In this document: one piece after another, positions 12,758 to 26,699 of the stretch
How positions within the stretch are numbered: the first letter of the stretch is position 1
Layout: the number at the start of each line of letters is the position of its first letter
Program-made: the position numbers and the translations under genes
NCBI GenBank assembly: GCA_030324005.1
Contig: JARDVH010000031.1
Coordinates: forward strand, 67,238,177-67,302,176
From: Negaprion brevirostris
Lineage: Eukaryota
Length of the DNA stretch: 64,000 nt
Direction: 5' to 3'
Notes under the pieces: model-generated
Database searches by the model: none
Seen by the model: the letters and a program-made list of their open reading frames with translations, nothing else
Told to the model about the DNA's origin: nothing

Positions 12758-13516
12758 TGGGTGATACAATAACACAGTGGTTAGCATTGCTGCTTCACAG
12801 CGTCAGGGACCCAGGTTCAATTCTGACCTTGGGTGACTGTCTGTGTGGAGTTTGCACATTGTCTGCATGGGTTTCCTCTGGGTGCTCCACTTTCCTCCCA
12901 CTGTCCAAAAATGTGCACGTTAGGTGGACTAGCCGTAAAAAAAAACAAAANNNNNNNNNNCTGTCTGTGTGGAGTTTGCACATTCTTCCTGTGGCTGTGT
13001 GCATTTAAAGTTTATTTATTAGTGTCACAGGTAGGCTAACATGGCAGTGAAATTACTGTGAAGATTCCCCTAGTCGCCATACTCCAGCGCCTTTTCGGAT
13101 ACACTGAAGGAGAATTCAGCATGGTCATTGCACCCAACCAGCATGTCTTTCAGACTGTGGGAGGAGACTGGAGTGCCCAGAGGAAACCCATGTAGACACA
13201 GGGAGAACATGCGGATTCTGCATAGACAATGACCCAAACTGGGAATCGAACCACTTCCTTGGTCCCTGGTTAGCAGTGCTAACCACTGTGCCACTTCCCT
13301 CCAGGTGCTCCAGTTCCCTCCCGCACTCCAAAGGTGTGCAGGTTAGGTGGTTTGGCCATGCTAGGTAACCCCCTGGTGTACTAGGATATGTAGGTTAGGG
13401 GATTGGGAACTGAGTATGTGGAGTTGGGGGAGAGGACAGGGGGATGGGCCAGGATAGGTTGCTCTGTCAGGGAGTTGGTGCCAGTTATCTCCTTCTGCAC
13501 TATAAAGATTCTATGA
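12758..13516. mobile_element. V-SINE cluster: + copies with a minus-strand alternative-tail copy (about 13005-13296) nested inside
   Basis: A + head starts at 12758 and a + V-domain at 12961. The minus copy begins aaagtttatttattagtgtcac, and the + copy resumes at about 13297 and ends gattctatg. Confidence 0.8.
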
Positions 13517-15477
13517 ACTTCCAAATCTAAGTACTCTTAACACTGTGATGCACATCAATAAGCTTTATGTTGAAGAGTGCAATATGCTGAACAGGAGGGG
13601 AAATTTTAAAATAAGTGCTAGTTTGGGAGAGGAAAGGCACAGTAAGAGAGAAGAATGTTCAGTTCTCTTTCAAGAGAACTCAACATAAAGTGAGATGATA
13701 ATAGCTAAATGAGGGGACATCAGTGATTAAGTGAAATAAATAGTAAGAAGATTGGAGTCAGAATAATGGAGAGAGCTGGTGGGAATTTGAAATTTATCTT
13801 AAATATTGAAGTCCATTCCCTCTGGCTTCTGTAATGCCAAAGTCAACAGCGAGTGGGACAGGGAAAGAGAGATAGGCTGTCAAGGCCAGTAACCAGGTGC
13901 TGGAAAATGGGATTAAAATAAGTGGCTCATTCCTTTTTTTTCCTGTTTTTTTTTTGGATAGTGCAGACCCACGATGGGCTGAATGGCCTCGTTCTGCACC
14001 ATGACCTTTCTGTGCCTCTATGCCATCTGGGGCCCCCCAAGGCTCTCCATCTTCAGCAAACTCTGATTCATTGAGCTGAACTGCAGCCTTCCATAGCTCA
14101 TCATCTTTTCCTGTGGATACTGAATTCCTGGAAAAGAAAATATAGCAGAAGGTTCAGGGCTTTGCAGAGGGTGAACTTTGCAACCAGGTTAAAAGAGTCA
14201 GCTACCTGATCAGACTCGATTCCCTGAGTAACTACCAGCAACAGAAAAACTGCAAGATTCGATTGAGAAGTTGCAACTCCCATGATCAAATTGCCGTGAA
14301 TTGCAAGATAAGTACTTGTTGGATTTTATGGCCCAGCAATGCACACTTATGATGGATGTACATCATAGCTTATTGTTCCTCCTGTTTGAACATCATTAGT
14401 CTAAATAAGTGGGATATGCTTTAATATTATATTTTGCCAATAAAACATAGCAAAATTGACAAAACTGCAAAACATTGGAAGTTGCAAAGTGAAGTCAAAA
14501 GATCCCATTATTTGATTAAGGTTAGTGTCATCTTCCACGCTGAGAATCAACTGCATCCTGTATGATCCCATATATTCTCCTCCATTCACAGGTGACAGTT
14601 AGCAACCAGCCACTTGTATTTTTGACATACTGACTGTGCTAAGTCCACATGAAATATGATTTTATTAATGCTAGGAAATTGACAAAAAAATATATTGGAC
14701 AGTTCCACAATTAAGCCTCCCACTGAGGAGTGACTGCAACTGTTAGTCTGGCTTATATGCCTGTACAGCTTCTTTCAAAGCATGTGGGGAAAAAAAACCC
14801 ACTCAATCTATCACCTTCTGGAAGGTTGAAGTTTATGAATCAAAAGACATTACTTATTTAATATGTCGAGGAAAGCGCCATTGAAGGCGGAGCAACTTAA
14901 CATCCCTTTAGGAAAATTATAACTAAGTCTTTATCAAACAGTTAATCTGAAACAGTTCTGACTCTGTTTTTTAGAAGTTAAAGAACAATTTGCGAATGGT
15001 ACTTAATCCCAAAGTGTTGCTCTTTCAAAAAGAAAACTGAAATAGCATTGTCAGAAAATTAAATTTTGTTTTAAGACATCGTTCATAGTTTCCAACATGT
15101 AATGCTCTTAATTACAAAATATATGATCAGGCTTTTGTGCAACTGACTTTCCTATGTATTATAGTAAACAAAGGGCATTGCTTTCGGTTTAAAACCATGT
15201 CAAATCTCCAAATCAGTCATAATGCATCTCTTTCCCAGCAGTGCTCAAAATATTTACATTTTCTCCTCCTCTGTTGCTTACAATTAATCAAGAATTCCTG
15301 CAGTGCAGAAGGAGCCCATTTGACTCATCGAATCTGCACCGAATCTCCAACCGAGCACTTTATCCAGGCCCTGTAGCCCTGTAATCCCTGTAGCCCCACG
15401 TATTTATCCTGCTAATCCCCCTAACCTACACATTTTGACAGGTAATTTCACATGGCCAATCAATTTAAGTGGAGGAA

Positions 15478-16360
15478 ACATAGAAACAAAGAAATGAGAC
15501 GAAGGAATAGACCACTCAGTGCTTCGCGCCTGCTCCATTCATCTTGATCATGGCTGATCATCGAATTCAATATCCTGATCCCACCTTCCCCGCCACATCC
15601 CTTGATCTCTTTAGACCCAAGAACTATACCTAATTTCTTCTTGAAATGAGACAATGTTTTGACCTCAACTACTTCCTGTGATAATGAATTCCACACATTC
15701 ACCACCCTCTGGGTGAAGAAATTTCTCCTCAGTTCAATTCCAAATGGTTTACTCCTTATCCTCAAACTATGACCTCTAGTTCTGGACTCCCCCATCCATT
15801 GGAAATATCGTTCCTGAATCTACCCTGTCTAACCCTGTTAAGATTTTTAAGTTTCTATGAGAACCCTGTCACACTTCTAAACNNNNNNNNNNNNNNNNNN
15901 NNNNNNNNNNNNNNNNNNNNNNNNNNNNNNNNNNNNNNNNNNNNNNNNNNNNNNNNNNNNNNNNNNNNNNNNNNNNNNNNNNNNNNNNNNNNNNNNNNNN
16001 NNNNNNNNNNNNNNNNNNNNNNNNNNNNNNNNNNNNNNNNNNNNNNNNNNNNNNNNNNNNNNTACACTTGTAGCAAAACATCCCTCTCCCTATACTCAAA
16101 CCCTCTCGCTATGAAGGCCAACATACCATTTGCCTTCTTTACTGCCTGCTGTATCTACACGCTTATTTTCAGTGATTAATGCACAAGGATTCCAGGGTCT
16201 CATTGAGTATCCACCTCTCTCAATTTACACCCATTCAAGTAATAATCTGTCTTCCTATCATTGCAACAAAGTGGATAACCTCACATATATCCACATTTTA
16301 CTGCATCTGCCATGCATATGCCCACACACTCAGCCTGTCCGAATCTCTCTGAAGCATCTC
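15478..16360 (-). mobile_element. CR1 LINE RT C-terminal fragment and 3' UTR
   Basis: ORFs MLAFIARGFEYRERDVLLQ and GESRTRGHSLRIRSKPFGIELRRNFFTQRVVNVWNSL are canonical CR1 ORF2 motifs. Confidence 0.92.
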
Positions 16361-17254
16361 TATAGAGGATGATTATATAGCAACAAAGAATGGAAGGAAC
16401 TGTGCAGAACTGAGACTGCTGCACGGTCTATTAGAGGAAGAAAAAAAAACAATTGTATTGGAAATTTTCCAAAATTTGTTTCTCCATTAATTGCTTTACT
16501 CTTTTTGGCCTTGGTAATGTTAATTCACAATCTTTGATGCAGCACAAACTATTGCACAACCATAGTACGAGGCTAGGGACAAACAATAGCAATTAACTCT
16601 ATACTAAGGGGGAAACTGAACCTTTGTAATTTTTTTGTGTGCTGTCTATGATATAAAAACATTCATGCAAAGTTTGAAAATCTTGCTTATGAATCGACTG
16701 ATCTACTTATAGCTCAAATAATATAGGCCGCGAATCCTTTAATGCAGTCAATACTTTCCATATCATACCATACATACTGAGTGTTAAATTATAAAGCATC
16801 GCAGATAGCATTCAAAATTGCTCCTCACTCAATTCTTTTCATTCAAGGTTATGTTGTGAGTCTTATCTGGATTTCTTTTTGTGCTCATTGACATCTCACA
16901 GTGCCCTTTACGATTCCCAAATCGTCTTGATACCACCTTAAAACCTATCAAATATTTTGCCTGCTTTTCACTTTGTGGGTGATTTGAACACTTTCAGATA
17001 GTGAGGTTTCCTCTTTCAGTAATATTCGACAAAATAAAATAGTGGCCACATTTTACTGTTACACCTTGCCTCCCTTCGACATCTGTCCCTATATGTGATG
17101 GCTCCAATGATGATAGATATCATACTTTGCCTCTGTGTATTTAGAAAATATATAAATTATTAGAATGATTTTATTTCTGAACTGTATGCCTGAGCAACCC
17201 TGACAGTTGTTAATGGAGCACTCAGCCATCATTTCACATTTGTGTTAACTTTTA

Positions 17255-19570
17255 TTCCATTCATTCAGGCGATGTGAGCATCACTGACATTAATTGTCCA
17301 AGACTAATTAACCTTGAGAAGGTGGTGATGATCCACATTCTTGAACAGCTACAGTTCATATGCTGTAGGTACATCTGACCTGCTTTTAGGGAGGGAGATT
17401 CTGGAATTTGACTAAGCCACAGTGAATGGACAGCACAGTAGCCCCAGGTCAGGGTAGTGTGTGACTTGGAAGGGAATTTTCAGGTAGTGATATTCGGATG
17501 TCTTCCCTTGTCTTCCTCAGTGGTAGAGGTAGCAAATTTGTAAGGTGCCTTATCTAGCTGCTGCAGTGCATCTTATATGTGATCCACACTGTGAGACTAT
17601 GGTGAATGTTTAAGATGACAGATGGGGTGCTGATCAAATGGGCTACTTTGTGCTGGATGGTATGGTATTTATTGGCCGGAATTTTCTAGCTGTTCACACC
17701 AGCGGGATTGTCCGGTCCCTCTGCAATGAACGGAGATTTGGCTGAGCTCCAAGTTCTCCATTCTCACTTGCAGTGGTAATGGGGCAGGANNNNNNNNNNN
17801 NNNNNNNNNNNNNNNNNNNNNNNNNNNNNNNNNNNNNNNNNNNNNNNNNNNNNNNNNNNNNNNNNNNNNNNNNNNNNNNNNNNNNNNNNNNNNNNNNNNN
17901 NNNNNNNNNNNNNNNNNNNNNNNNNNNNNNNNNNNNNNNNNNNNNNNNNNNNNNNNNNNNNNNNNNNNNNNNNNNNNNNNNNNNNNNNNNNNNNNNNNNN
18001 NNNNNNNNNNNNNNNNNNNNNNNNNNNNNNNNNNNNNNNNNNNNNNNNNNNNNNNNNNNNNNNNNNNNNNNNNNNNNNNNNNNNNNNNNNNNNNNNNNNN
18101 NNNNNNNNNNNNNNNNNNNNNNNNNNNNNNNNNNNNNNNNNNNNNNNNNNNNNNNNNNNNNNNNNNNNNNNNNNNNNNGGTATTAAACACTGTAGAATCA
18201 TCAAGGAATATTTCTGCTCCTGACTTTATAATGGATTGCAGGTTATTGATGAAGCAGATATAGTTGGTTGGACTGAGAACACTATCCTGAGCAATAACTA
18301 TAGCAGTGTCGTGGATTGTGATGATCGCTCTTCAACAACCACAACCACCTTCCTTTGTGCAAGCAATGATTCCAACAAGCAGAGAGTATAACCCCTGATT
18401 CCCATTGATTTCATTTATTCCAGCACCGTGATGGTTGCAAATGACTCAGTTTTGCCTTTTGCACTGAGATGCTGTGCTTTCGCATCATGAGGATGGGTTG
18501 TTTAGGAGACCCATCCTCCAGTTAGTTATTTGATTGTCCACCACCATTCATGAATGGATATGGAGAGTTTGGGTCTCTCCATCAGTTGTGAGAATACAGT
18601 GTTGTATCTATAGCATGCTGCTTCTGCTTTTTAACATCCATTTAGTCATCGGTCATAGCTGGGTTTGCCAGGCGCTGTTGCTGGCATGCTCTCATAGACT
18701 CGTCATTGAACCTCACTTGATAGTAATGGTGGAGTGAGTGACACGCTGGGCCATGAGGTTACCAGTTGTGATTGAATATAATTCTGCTGCTGCTGATGGC
18801 CTACTGCACTTCATGGATGCCTAGTTTTGAGCTGTTGAATCTATCCCATTTAGCACAGTGATAATGCCACAGAGCATGATGGATGATGTTCTCATTGTGA
18901 AAATATAACTTTATCTCTATAAGTACTATATGTGTGGTCACTCCTACCAATGAACAGATATATCTGTAACATAACGGTTAGGAAAATGTCAGGTAGGTCT
19001 TTGTCTCTTGTTTTCCCTCACCATCTACTGCAGGTCGTGAGGTTTCTTCCCATCCAAAGATGGGTATGAGTTATGTTGTCCATGTTAGTTGTCCCTTAAG
19101 ATCAGGGGGATTAGCAGAGATTACAAGGGTAAGGCTTAAGTGGGATTGTGGTCAGTGCAGGGTTGATGGGCTGAATGACCTTCTGTTATGTTGCGATTCT
19201 ATGACTTATGATCTGGTAGCCATGTCCCATAAGATTCAGCCAGTTTAGTCAATAATGAGAGTCTTTTGAGTATGGGAGGAAACCTGAGACCTGGAGGAAA
19301 CCCATACAGACACAGAGAACATGCAGACTCTGCACAGACAGTGACCCAAGCTAGGAATCAAACACGAGTCCCTGCCATTGCGAGGCAGCAGTGTTAACCA
19401 CTATGCCAGCATGCTGCCACCAGCAGGATGGCATGTTAAAATATCAAGCCCCTCTTAGTGATAGACATTGAGGTTTCTCCAAGTGCCCTTACTACCCATA
19501 GTGCTGCTTCCAAGTGGTGTTCAATGTGGAAAAGTATCAATTCATAACTGATTGAGGGTGACCGGTAGTT
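17255..19570 (-). mobile_element. Fragmented CR1/L2-group LINE sharing the Meta-SINE tail, with MITE and V-SINE insertions
   Basis: The 3' end ccttgagaaggtggtg matches 30616. RT-like sequence lies at about 18240-18300 and endonuclease-like sequence at about 19450-19570. V-SINE pieces lie at about 19040-19210 (+) and 19265-19420 (-). Confidence 0.65.
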
Positions 19571-21597
19571 TGCTGTTGATCTCTACCACAGCATAGTAGG
19601 GCCACAAATGTTTTTGGTGGTTCCCGAGATGGGAAGAGGAAAGCTGAGTTTATGTTCCTGTTTTACATAACTCCCTAGTGGCCCTGATGAAAAGTACTTC
19701 TACCATTATATAAACAACAGTCAAGGTTCTGAAACTTCCTACCCCCAATAGCAACATTTAAAAAGCATTTGGATAAGTACATGGATGGGAAAGGATGAGA
19801 GGGATATGGACCAAACGTGGGCAATGGGGACGAGCTGGGAGGGTACCATTCTCGGCATAGACCAGTTGGGTCGAAGGGCCTGTTTCCGTGTTATATTGCT
19901 CTATGACCCACTGACTGCTAGCACTTTCACAAATGTTTCGCTTGTCTGAACAGTTACATAAATTGCAGAACTGTGCCCCAGCGTTGAGTCAGGATTCCTT
20001 AAGAGGAGAGGAGACAAGGCAGGAAAACTGGGGAGCAGAAAAACATCAAGTTGTATTTTGCGTTGTTAGCAAACATTCACACATCACAATCTGTAATCTT
20101 CATAAAATTCCTGTATTGATGTCTTAAATAATACATGTATTGCCTTGTGTGTCATTCAACATTTTATAATCATTAGGTTTGTTTGACCTTTTAGTCTCTT
20201 TTCCTATTAAAATTCACTGTTGCTATGGACACTTTTTTCATACAAGTACCCTTGAAATGTCAAATAATTTTTACTTGGTTGAATCATTGAGATGTGTTTT
20301 GAGGCAGTAACACATAGAACGGTTGAGATAGCGTCATAAATTGCAAGAGTAAAGTTCAATGATTTATTAATATTTTTTGAGCTCAAGATGTGATTCAGCC
20401 CTAAAGCAACTACTTACATGTTTATTGTTGTATGCAAGATCAGATATATCTTTCTTGAAGATATTTGAATGTTCGCAGAGATGTTTGAATGTTTTATATA
20501 GGTTGTGACTGCGCAAGAGTGTTAATGAATAACGGTAGATTATTTTGTATGTTTACATATGATAGGGTGCGAATAGGTTCACCAGACTGATGTCCTGGGA
20601 AGGAAAGATTGTAGTANNNNNNNNNNNNNNNNNNNNNNNNNNNNNNNNNNNNNNNNNNNNNNNNNNNNNNNNNNNNNNNNNNNNNNNNNNNNNNNNNNNN
20701 NNNNNNNNNNNNNNNNNNNNNNNNNNNNNNNNNNNNNNNNNNNNNNNNNNNNNNNNNNNNNNNNNNNNNNNNNNNNNNNNNNNNNNNNNNNNNNNNNNNN
20801 NNNNNNNNNNNNNNNNNNNNNNNNNNNNNNNNNNNNNNNNNNNNNNNNNNNNNNNNNNNNNNNNNNNNNNNNNNNNNNNNNNNNNNNNNNNNNNNNNNNN
20901 NNNNNNNNNNNNNNNNNNNNNNNNNNNNNNNNNNNNNNNNNNNNNNNNNNNNNNNNNNNNNNNNNNNNNNNNNNNNNNNNNNNNNNNNNNNNNNNNNNNN
21001 NNNNNNNNNNNNNNNNNNNNNNNNNNNNNNNNNNNNNNNNNNNNNNNNNNNNNNNNNNNNNNNNNNNNNNNNNNNNNNNNNNNNNNNNNNNNNNNNNNNN
21101 NNNNNNNNNNNNNNNNNNNNNNNNNNNNNNNNNNNNNNNNNNNNNNNNNNNNNNNNNNNNNNNNNNNNNNNNNNNNNNNNNNNNNNNNNNNNNNNNNNNN
21201 NNNNNNNNNNNNNNNNNNNNNNNNNNNNNNNNNNNNNNNNNNNNNNNNNNNNNNNNNNNNNNNNNNNNNNNNNNNNNNNNNNNNNNNNNNNNNNNNNNNN
21301 NNNNNNNNNNNNNNNNNNNNNNNNNNNNNNNNNNNNNNNNNNNNNNNNNNNNNNNNNNNNNNNNNNNNNNNNNNNNNNNNNNNNNNNNNNNNNNNNNNNN
21401 NNNNNNNNNNNNNNNNNNNNNNNNNNNNNNNNNNNNNNNNNNNNNNNNNNNNNNNNNNNNNNNNNNNNNNNNNNNNNNNNNNNNNNNNNNNNNNNNNNNN
21501 NNNNNNNNNNNNNNNNNNNNNNNNNNNNNNNNNNNNNNNNNNNNNNNNNNNNNNNNNCCTAGAATGGGCTGGGGTGGTGGGGGGAGGTGGGTGGGGT

Positions 21598-21872
21598 GGT
21601 CACAGTCTCAGGATGAGGGGTGAGTTGTGCAGAAATTTCTTCACTCAGAATATGGTGAACCATTGGAATCCTCTGCAGCATAAACTTGTGAAAGCCAAAT
21701 CAGTGAATGTATTTAAGAAGGAAATAGATATCTAAACACAATAGGTGCCAAGGGTGTGGGGAGCGAGTGGGAGAATGGTGTTGAGATAGGGGACTAGCCA
21801 TTATTGCTCTGAATGTCAAAGTAGGCTCGATGGGCCGAATAGCTGACTTTCTCCTATTTTCTATGTTTCTAT
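21598..21872 (+). mobile_element. CR1 LINE 3' end
   Basis: GHSLRMRGELCRNFFTQNMVNHWNPL...VFKKEID, followed by the tail ctatgtttctatg. Confidence 0.88.
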
Positions 21873-22139
21873 GTAATTCCATTTGATTCAGCCAGTCTAC
21901 TCACAACCATGGTGTCCTATTTGATTCCAGATGAGCTTCCAATCTTGTGTCCATGTCTTTACTGAGACTGTCCTTTTCCACCTTTGTAATATTATCCCGT
22001 CATTCCCGTCTCACTTCATCTGATATAACATTAAATCATGCTGGGTGTTCTTCCACTAGGATAAGGTTTAATCTATTTCTTTCTTAAAGATTGTGAATTG
22101 ACCACACTTCACCAGTTCTGCTGGATAGGATATATCATC

Positions 22140-22553
22140 TGGATGCCTGACATGAGACACCAGAAACTAGTGCTCTACTTGGATCTTCGACACAACAAGA
22201 GAACCTGGGACGTCCGAGGAACTGCTTCAAGGGGACCTTCAAAGGCGCCTTGAAAAAATACAATATTCCCACTGACACTTGGGAATTCCCCGAGTTGAAG
22301 TGGAGGAAAAGCATTCAGGAAGGAGCTGAACACTTCGAGTTTAATCTCCGAGAGCAAGCTGAAGCAAAACATCAGCAGCAACAGGAGTACATGGCAACCT
22401 GGGCACCCCACCCCCACCTGTTCCTCCATTATCGTCTGCCCATCTGTGACAGAGACTGTAGATCAAGCTTTGGATACCTCCGTCACCTGAGAATTTATTT
22501 TGAGTGGGGAGCAAGGCATCCTCGACCCCAAGGGACTGCCTAAGAAGAAGAAG
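22140..22553 (+). mobile_element. RTE-clade LINE 3' fragment with C2H2 zinc finger
   Basis: KKYNIPTDTWE...KWRKSIQEGAEHFE...PICDRDCRSSFGYLRHLR, followed by the tail gggactgcct(aag)n. Confidence 0.85.
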
Positions 22554-22564
22554 ATATGGACACA

Positions 22565-22710
22565 GTAATCTGAGGAGTCACAAATTGTGCTGAACATTGT
22601 GCAATCATCAGTGGACGTTCCCACTTCTGACCTTGTGATGGAAGAAAGGTAATTGATGAAGCAGCTGAAGGTGGGTGGGCCAAAGACAATACCCTGAGGA
22701 ATCCCTGCAG
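22565..22710 (-). mobile_element. LINE RT core fragment (CR1/L2 group)
   Basis: Translates as AGIPQGIVFGPPTFSCFINYL...EVGTSTDDCTMFSTI, a degenerate GVPQG...ADD RT motif. Confidence 0.75.
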
Positions 22711-24410
22711 TATTAACATACTTTATATTATTTAGAGGTAACTCATCTACAAAAGAACAGCAAATCTATGTTGACATGCAATTAAATTGCTGTTAAACAG
22801 TTGTCTCTGGGCTTGGTATGGAATAATGGTAAGTTCCTTAAAATTACTGTGAGTGATGAATGTTCAACATATTCAGATGCCTTTCCCCTGTCGTCTACTT
22901 AAATGGGTTATCTATTCTGTGGAATTAACAGAGGGATATTGTTCAAATGTATCAACTGTTTGCCTGTTGATATTGCAGACAGTAATTGCCAAATTTTGAT
23001 GACAGTTAAAGCCGACCATTGCTGCACAGTTTACATGGAGTCAGTCATGCACCACATACACAGGAGCCTGAGGGTTGGAGGAGGATGTAAAGAATATAAT
23101 GGCTAGAGTCAGCAGGAGAACTAAAGTGTAATAAAACACACAGTTTGAGCTGGGTCAAGTCAAACAATATTATAGTTTGATATAACTGGGATCAGCTGTC
23201 CTTTTCTCATTGGATTACAACAGCGACAGTAAGGTTGTTTTTTTTTATGGTTCCACCGAGTTGAAAACTTTGTGACCTTAAGATATTATATCTGTAATTA
23301 ATAACATTTTCATTGTGCAAATTATTCTTCCACCAATCTCATCAGACATAGTCTCATTTCAGTCAGGTTTTAAAATGCAAAATGACTTGCCATAAGGGAT
23401 TTAGGCCTAAATAAACTGAAGAGAACAGCTGATCCAGATGGGCCACACTGCCATATTTTCCCTTTCAACCTTTTGTTTTCCATGTTCTGTCTGATGATCT
23501 GTGCTCATGGTGCAGAAATAATACCTCGCCGTGTCCATCCCTCCCCCAGCTAACCATTGTTTGGCAAGATCAAGCTTACCACAGTAACAGGTCACCCAAG
23601 TCCATCATAGCTTTTTCATCAATGCTTATCACTCAGTCATCCACGTACTTACATTTCAATTGCTTTCTATCCCCCCCCATGTTCCTCTACCTGTTCGTTC
23701 TTCTTTTGGTTTCTTTTTCAGCTCCAACCTAACCACCTGCAAGCAGAAAAAAATAGGCTGCCTGATTCTACTTCCGACCTCCGAATAGAGCGTTTTCACT
23801 GAAGAATTTAGATGTTGCTAAACGTTCTGCTTCCAGCGTGGAGTGCCACTGATTTAAAATGTGAATCAGAACTTGTCCCTACAGGGTCATTCTGGACAGA
23901 GGCAAATTCAAAGTTGCTATTAAATTCCAACAATAATGTCATTTTTCCAATTCTTCACTGTTGTATTTCAGTGAAATAGTTTACATTCACTGCAAATGGG
24001 TTTCGTATGAACCAGATAATTATGAATTAGGACATACATACAAGTGGATACTATATCAAATTATGGGAGTGTTCCTCCTCTGCACAATGTCTGAACAGTG
24101 TAGGTGATGGGCCATATCCAAAGTTCACTCTCTGACCAATCTCCCTGTCATATCTCATTCAATCACACATCTGGGCACATTATTCGATATTCAGGAAGAA
24201 AACAGCATTTTTCAGCGTTCCTTTACCACATCATTCCATGCACTGGGGAGCAGGGAGACAGCTGAGATGTCAAAGAATTCTAAACATGCTTGAAACAATT
24301 ATTTAGTTTGTATGTGAATTTCCTTGTTCACAAAAAGCTGTTTGCTGCTGTTATCAGAATGCTCATTTTCTATGTATCGTGTCTGTACTCTGGTTCAGAG
24401 AGATCCCTCT

Positions 24411-24698
24411 TCATAGAATCCCTACAGTGCCGAAAGAGGCCATTGGGCCCATCGAGTCTGCACCAATCACAAACCCTCCCAAGCCCTATTCCCATAACCC
24501 CACTTATTTACTCTGCTAATTCCCAGCATGGCCAATCAACCTAACTCATATCTTTGAACTGTGGGAAGAAACTGAAGCGCCCAGAGGAAACCTGGACAGA
24601 CATAGGGAGAATATGCAAACTCCACATACAGTCACCCAAGCTGGGAATCAAACTGGGGCCCTGGCACTGAGGAAACAGTGCTAACGACTGTGCCACCT
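24411..24698 (-). mobile_element. HE1-type V-SINE (CR1 tail)
   Basis: Contains catagaatccctacagtgc...caaactccacata...gtgctaacgactgtgccacc. Confidence 0.85.
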
Positions 24699-25389
24699 TC
24701 TGAAATGTCCATTGTTCCTATCATGTGAAAGGGTAGTCACAGTTGAAGGGAAATATGAATTTATAGATTTCATGGCGAATTTTAAAAATCAGCTGTGATG
24801 AAATTTTTGGCGAGTTTTCATTCATTTTTGCCCTACAGAAAATTGTAATTCCTGGGTCTGTAATTCCAGTTCTAAATATTAGGATAAAATATTAGTTGTA
24901 CTCCTGATAACCAGTTGGTGAAGGATGACTCCAAAACCAATGTTTTGCCTGGAATAGATTTAATCAGTGAAGCTTTACAGGTATGTATCTCCTGACTCCA
25001 CTCAACTCATGTCAGTAAGTATCCCTTTAAGTGCTCAAGGAACCATCTGATTGCTGTCTTCCACTAGCATGTACTTAACTTCAATTGATGCACTTAACAA
25101 TAGTTTAAAATACAATGGCTTTGCATTTGCTCTGTGACAAAAAACTCTACATCTGATGTTTCCAATTTTTTTCAGCCAAGTAAAAATCATTCTGAAGAAA
25201 CAACAGGCGTGATCTTATTGGCCTTTCTCTGCTGCAGCGAGGATGGGTAATTTGGCGCCTGGCCAAATCTTTGTTCACTGTCGTGGGATGGGAAAATCCC
25301 GGCAGTATGAACAGCTGTAACATCCAGCCAACATGTTTTGTATTCCTCTTTAATTACATTTTAATTACCTAAAGTACAGCCTATGAGAC

Positions 25390-26395
25390 CGCATGATGGC
25401 AAAGTGGTTAGCACTGCTGCCTCAGCACCAAGGACCTGGCTTCAATTCCTGGCTTGTGTCACTGTCTATGNNNNNNNNNNNNNNNNNNNNNNNNNNNNNN
25501 NNNNNNNNNNNNNNNNNNNNNNNNNNNNNNNNNNNNNNNNNNNNNNNNNNNNNNNNNNNNNNNNNNNNNNNNNNNNNNNNNNNNNNNNNNNNNNNNNNNN
25601 NNNNNNNNNNNNNNNNNNNNNNNNNNNNNNNNNNNNNNNNNNNNNNNNNNNNNNNNNNNNNNNNNNNNNNNNNNNNNNNNNNNNNNNNNNNNNNNNNNNN
25701 NNNNNNNNNNNNNNNNNNNNNNNNNNNNNNNNNNNNNNNNNNNNNNNNNNNNNNNNNNNNNNNNNNNNNNNNNNNNNNNNNNNNNNNNNNNNNNNNNNNN
25801 NNNNNNNNNNNNNNNNNNNNNNNNNNNNNNNNNNNNNNNNNNNNNNNNNNNNNNNNNNNNNNNNNNNNNNNNNNNNNNNNNNNNNNNNNNNNNNNNNNNN
25901 NNNNNNNNNNNNNNNNNNNNNNNNNNNNNNNNNNNNNNNNNNNNNNNNNNNNNNNNNNNNNNNNNNNNNNNNNNNNNNNNNNNNNNNNNNNNNNNNNNNN
26001 NNNNNNNNNNNNNNNNNNNNNNNNNNNNNNNNNNNNNNNNNNNNNNNNNNNNNNNNNNNNNNNNNNNNNNNNNNNNNNNNNNNNNNNNNNNNNNNNNNNN
26101 NNNNNNNNNNNNNNNNNNNNNNNNNNNNNNNNNNNNNNNNNNNNNNNNNNNNNNNNNNNNNNNNNNNNNNNNNNGAATCTGCACACTCTCCCCATGTCTG
26201 TATGATGTTCCCCTGAGTGTTTCAGCTTCCTCCCACAATCCAAACGGTGTGCTGGTTAGGTCCATAAACCGTGCTAAAATTCTGCCTCAGTGTACCTGAA
26301 CAGGTGCTGGAGTATGGTGACTGGGGGACTTTCAGGGTAACTTCATTGCAGTGTTAATGTAAGTCTATTTGTGACACTAATGAATAAATTTTAAA
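25390..26395 (+). mobile_element. V-SINE with alternative tail B (large gap inside)
   Basis: Head gtggttagcactgctgcctca; tail aacttcattgcagtgttaatgtaagtctatttgtgacactaatgaataaa. Confidence 0.75.
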
Positions 26396-26699
26396 ACATT
26401 TGTAGATCAAAGAGATTTGTGGATCAAATTCTCCATCCTCACTTGCAGCTGTGGCTTGGCATGAAAGGCTGGAAAATTCCAGCCCAAGTATAAAGTAAAG
26501 TTTATTAGTCACAAGTGGGCTTACATTAACACTGCAATGAAGTTACTTGTATTCATGTTATAATTGTGACATTAATTGAAATGCATGACAAACATTGGTT
26601 ATACATTTTAAGAAACATGCAAATATCCTAAAACTTTTTCTCATTTACCACCAAATCATATCCCCAATGTTTGTAATTTAACTCTCAACCTTTTGCAAA

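Noticed and set aside
14140-14350. Open + frame QKVQGFAEGELCNQVKRVSYLIRLDSL...
   Set aside because: No recognisable domain and no good GT donor; its length is compatible with chance.
20590-21735. Long ORFs in the track here and at 17669-18204, 25383-26299 and 54152-54804
   Set aside because: These are artefacts of translating through N gaps; the flanking residues are repeat-derived.
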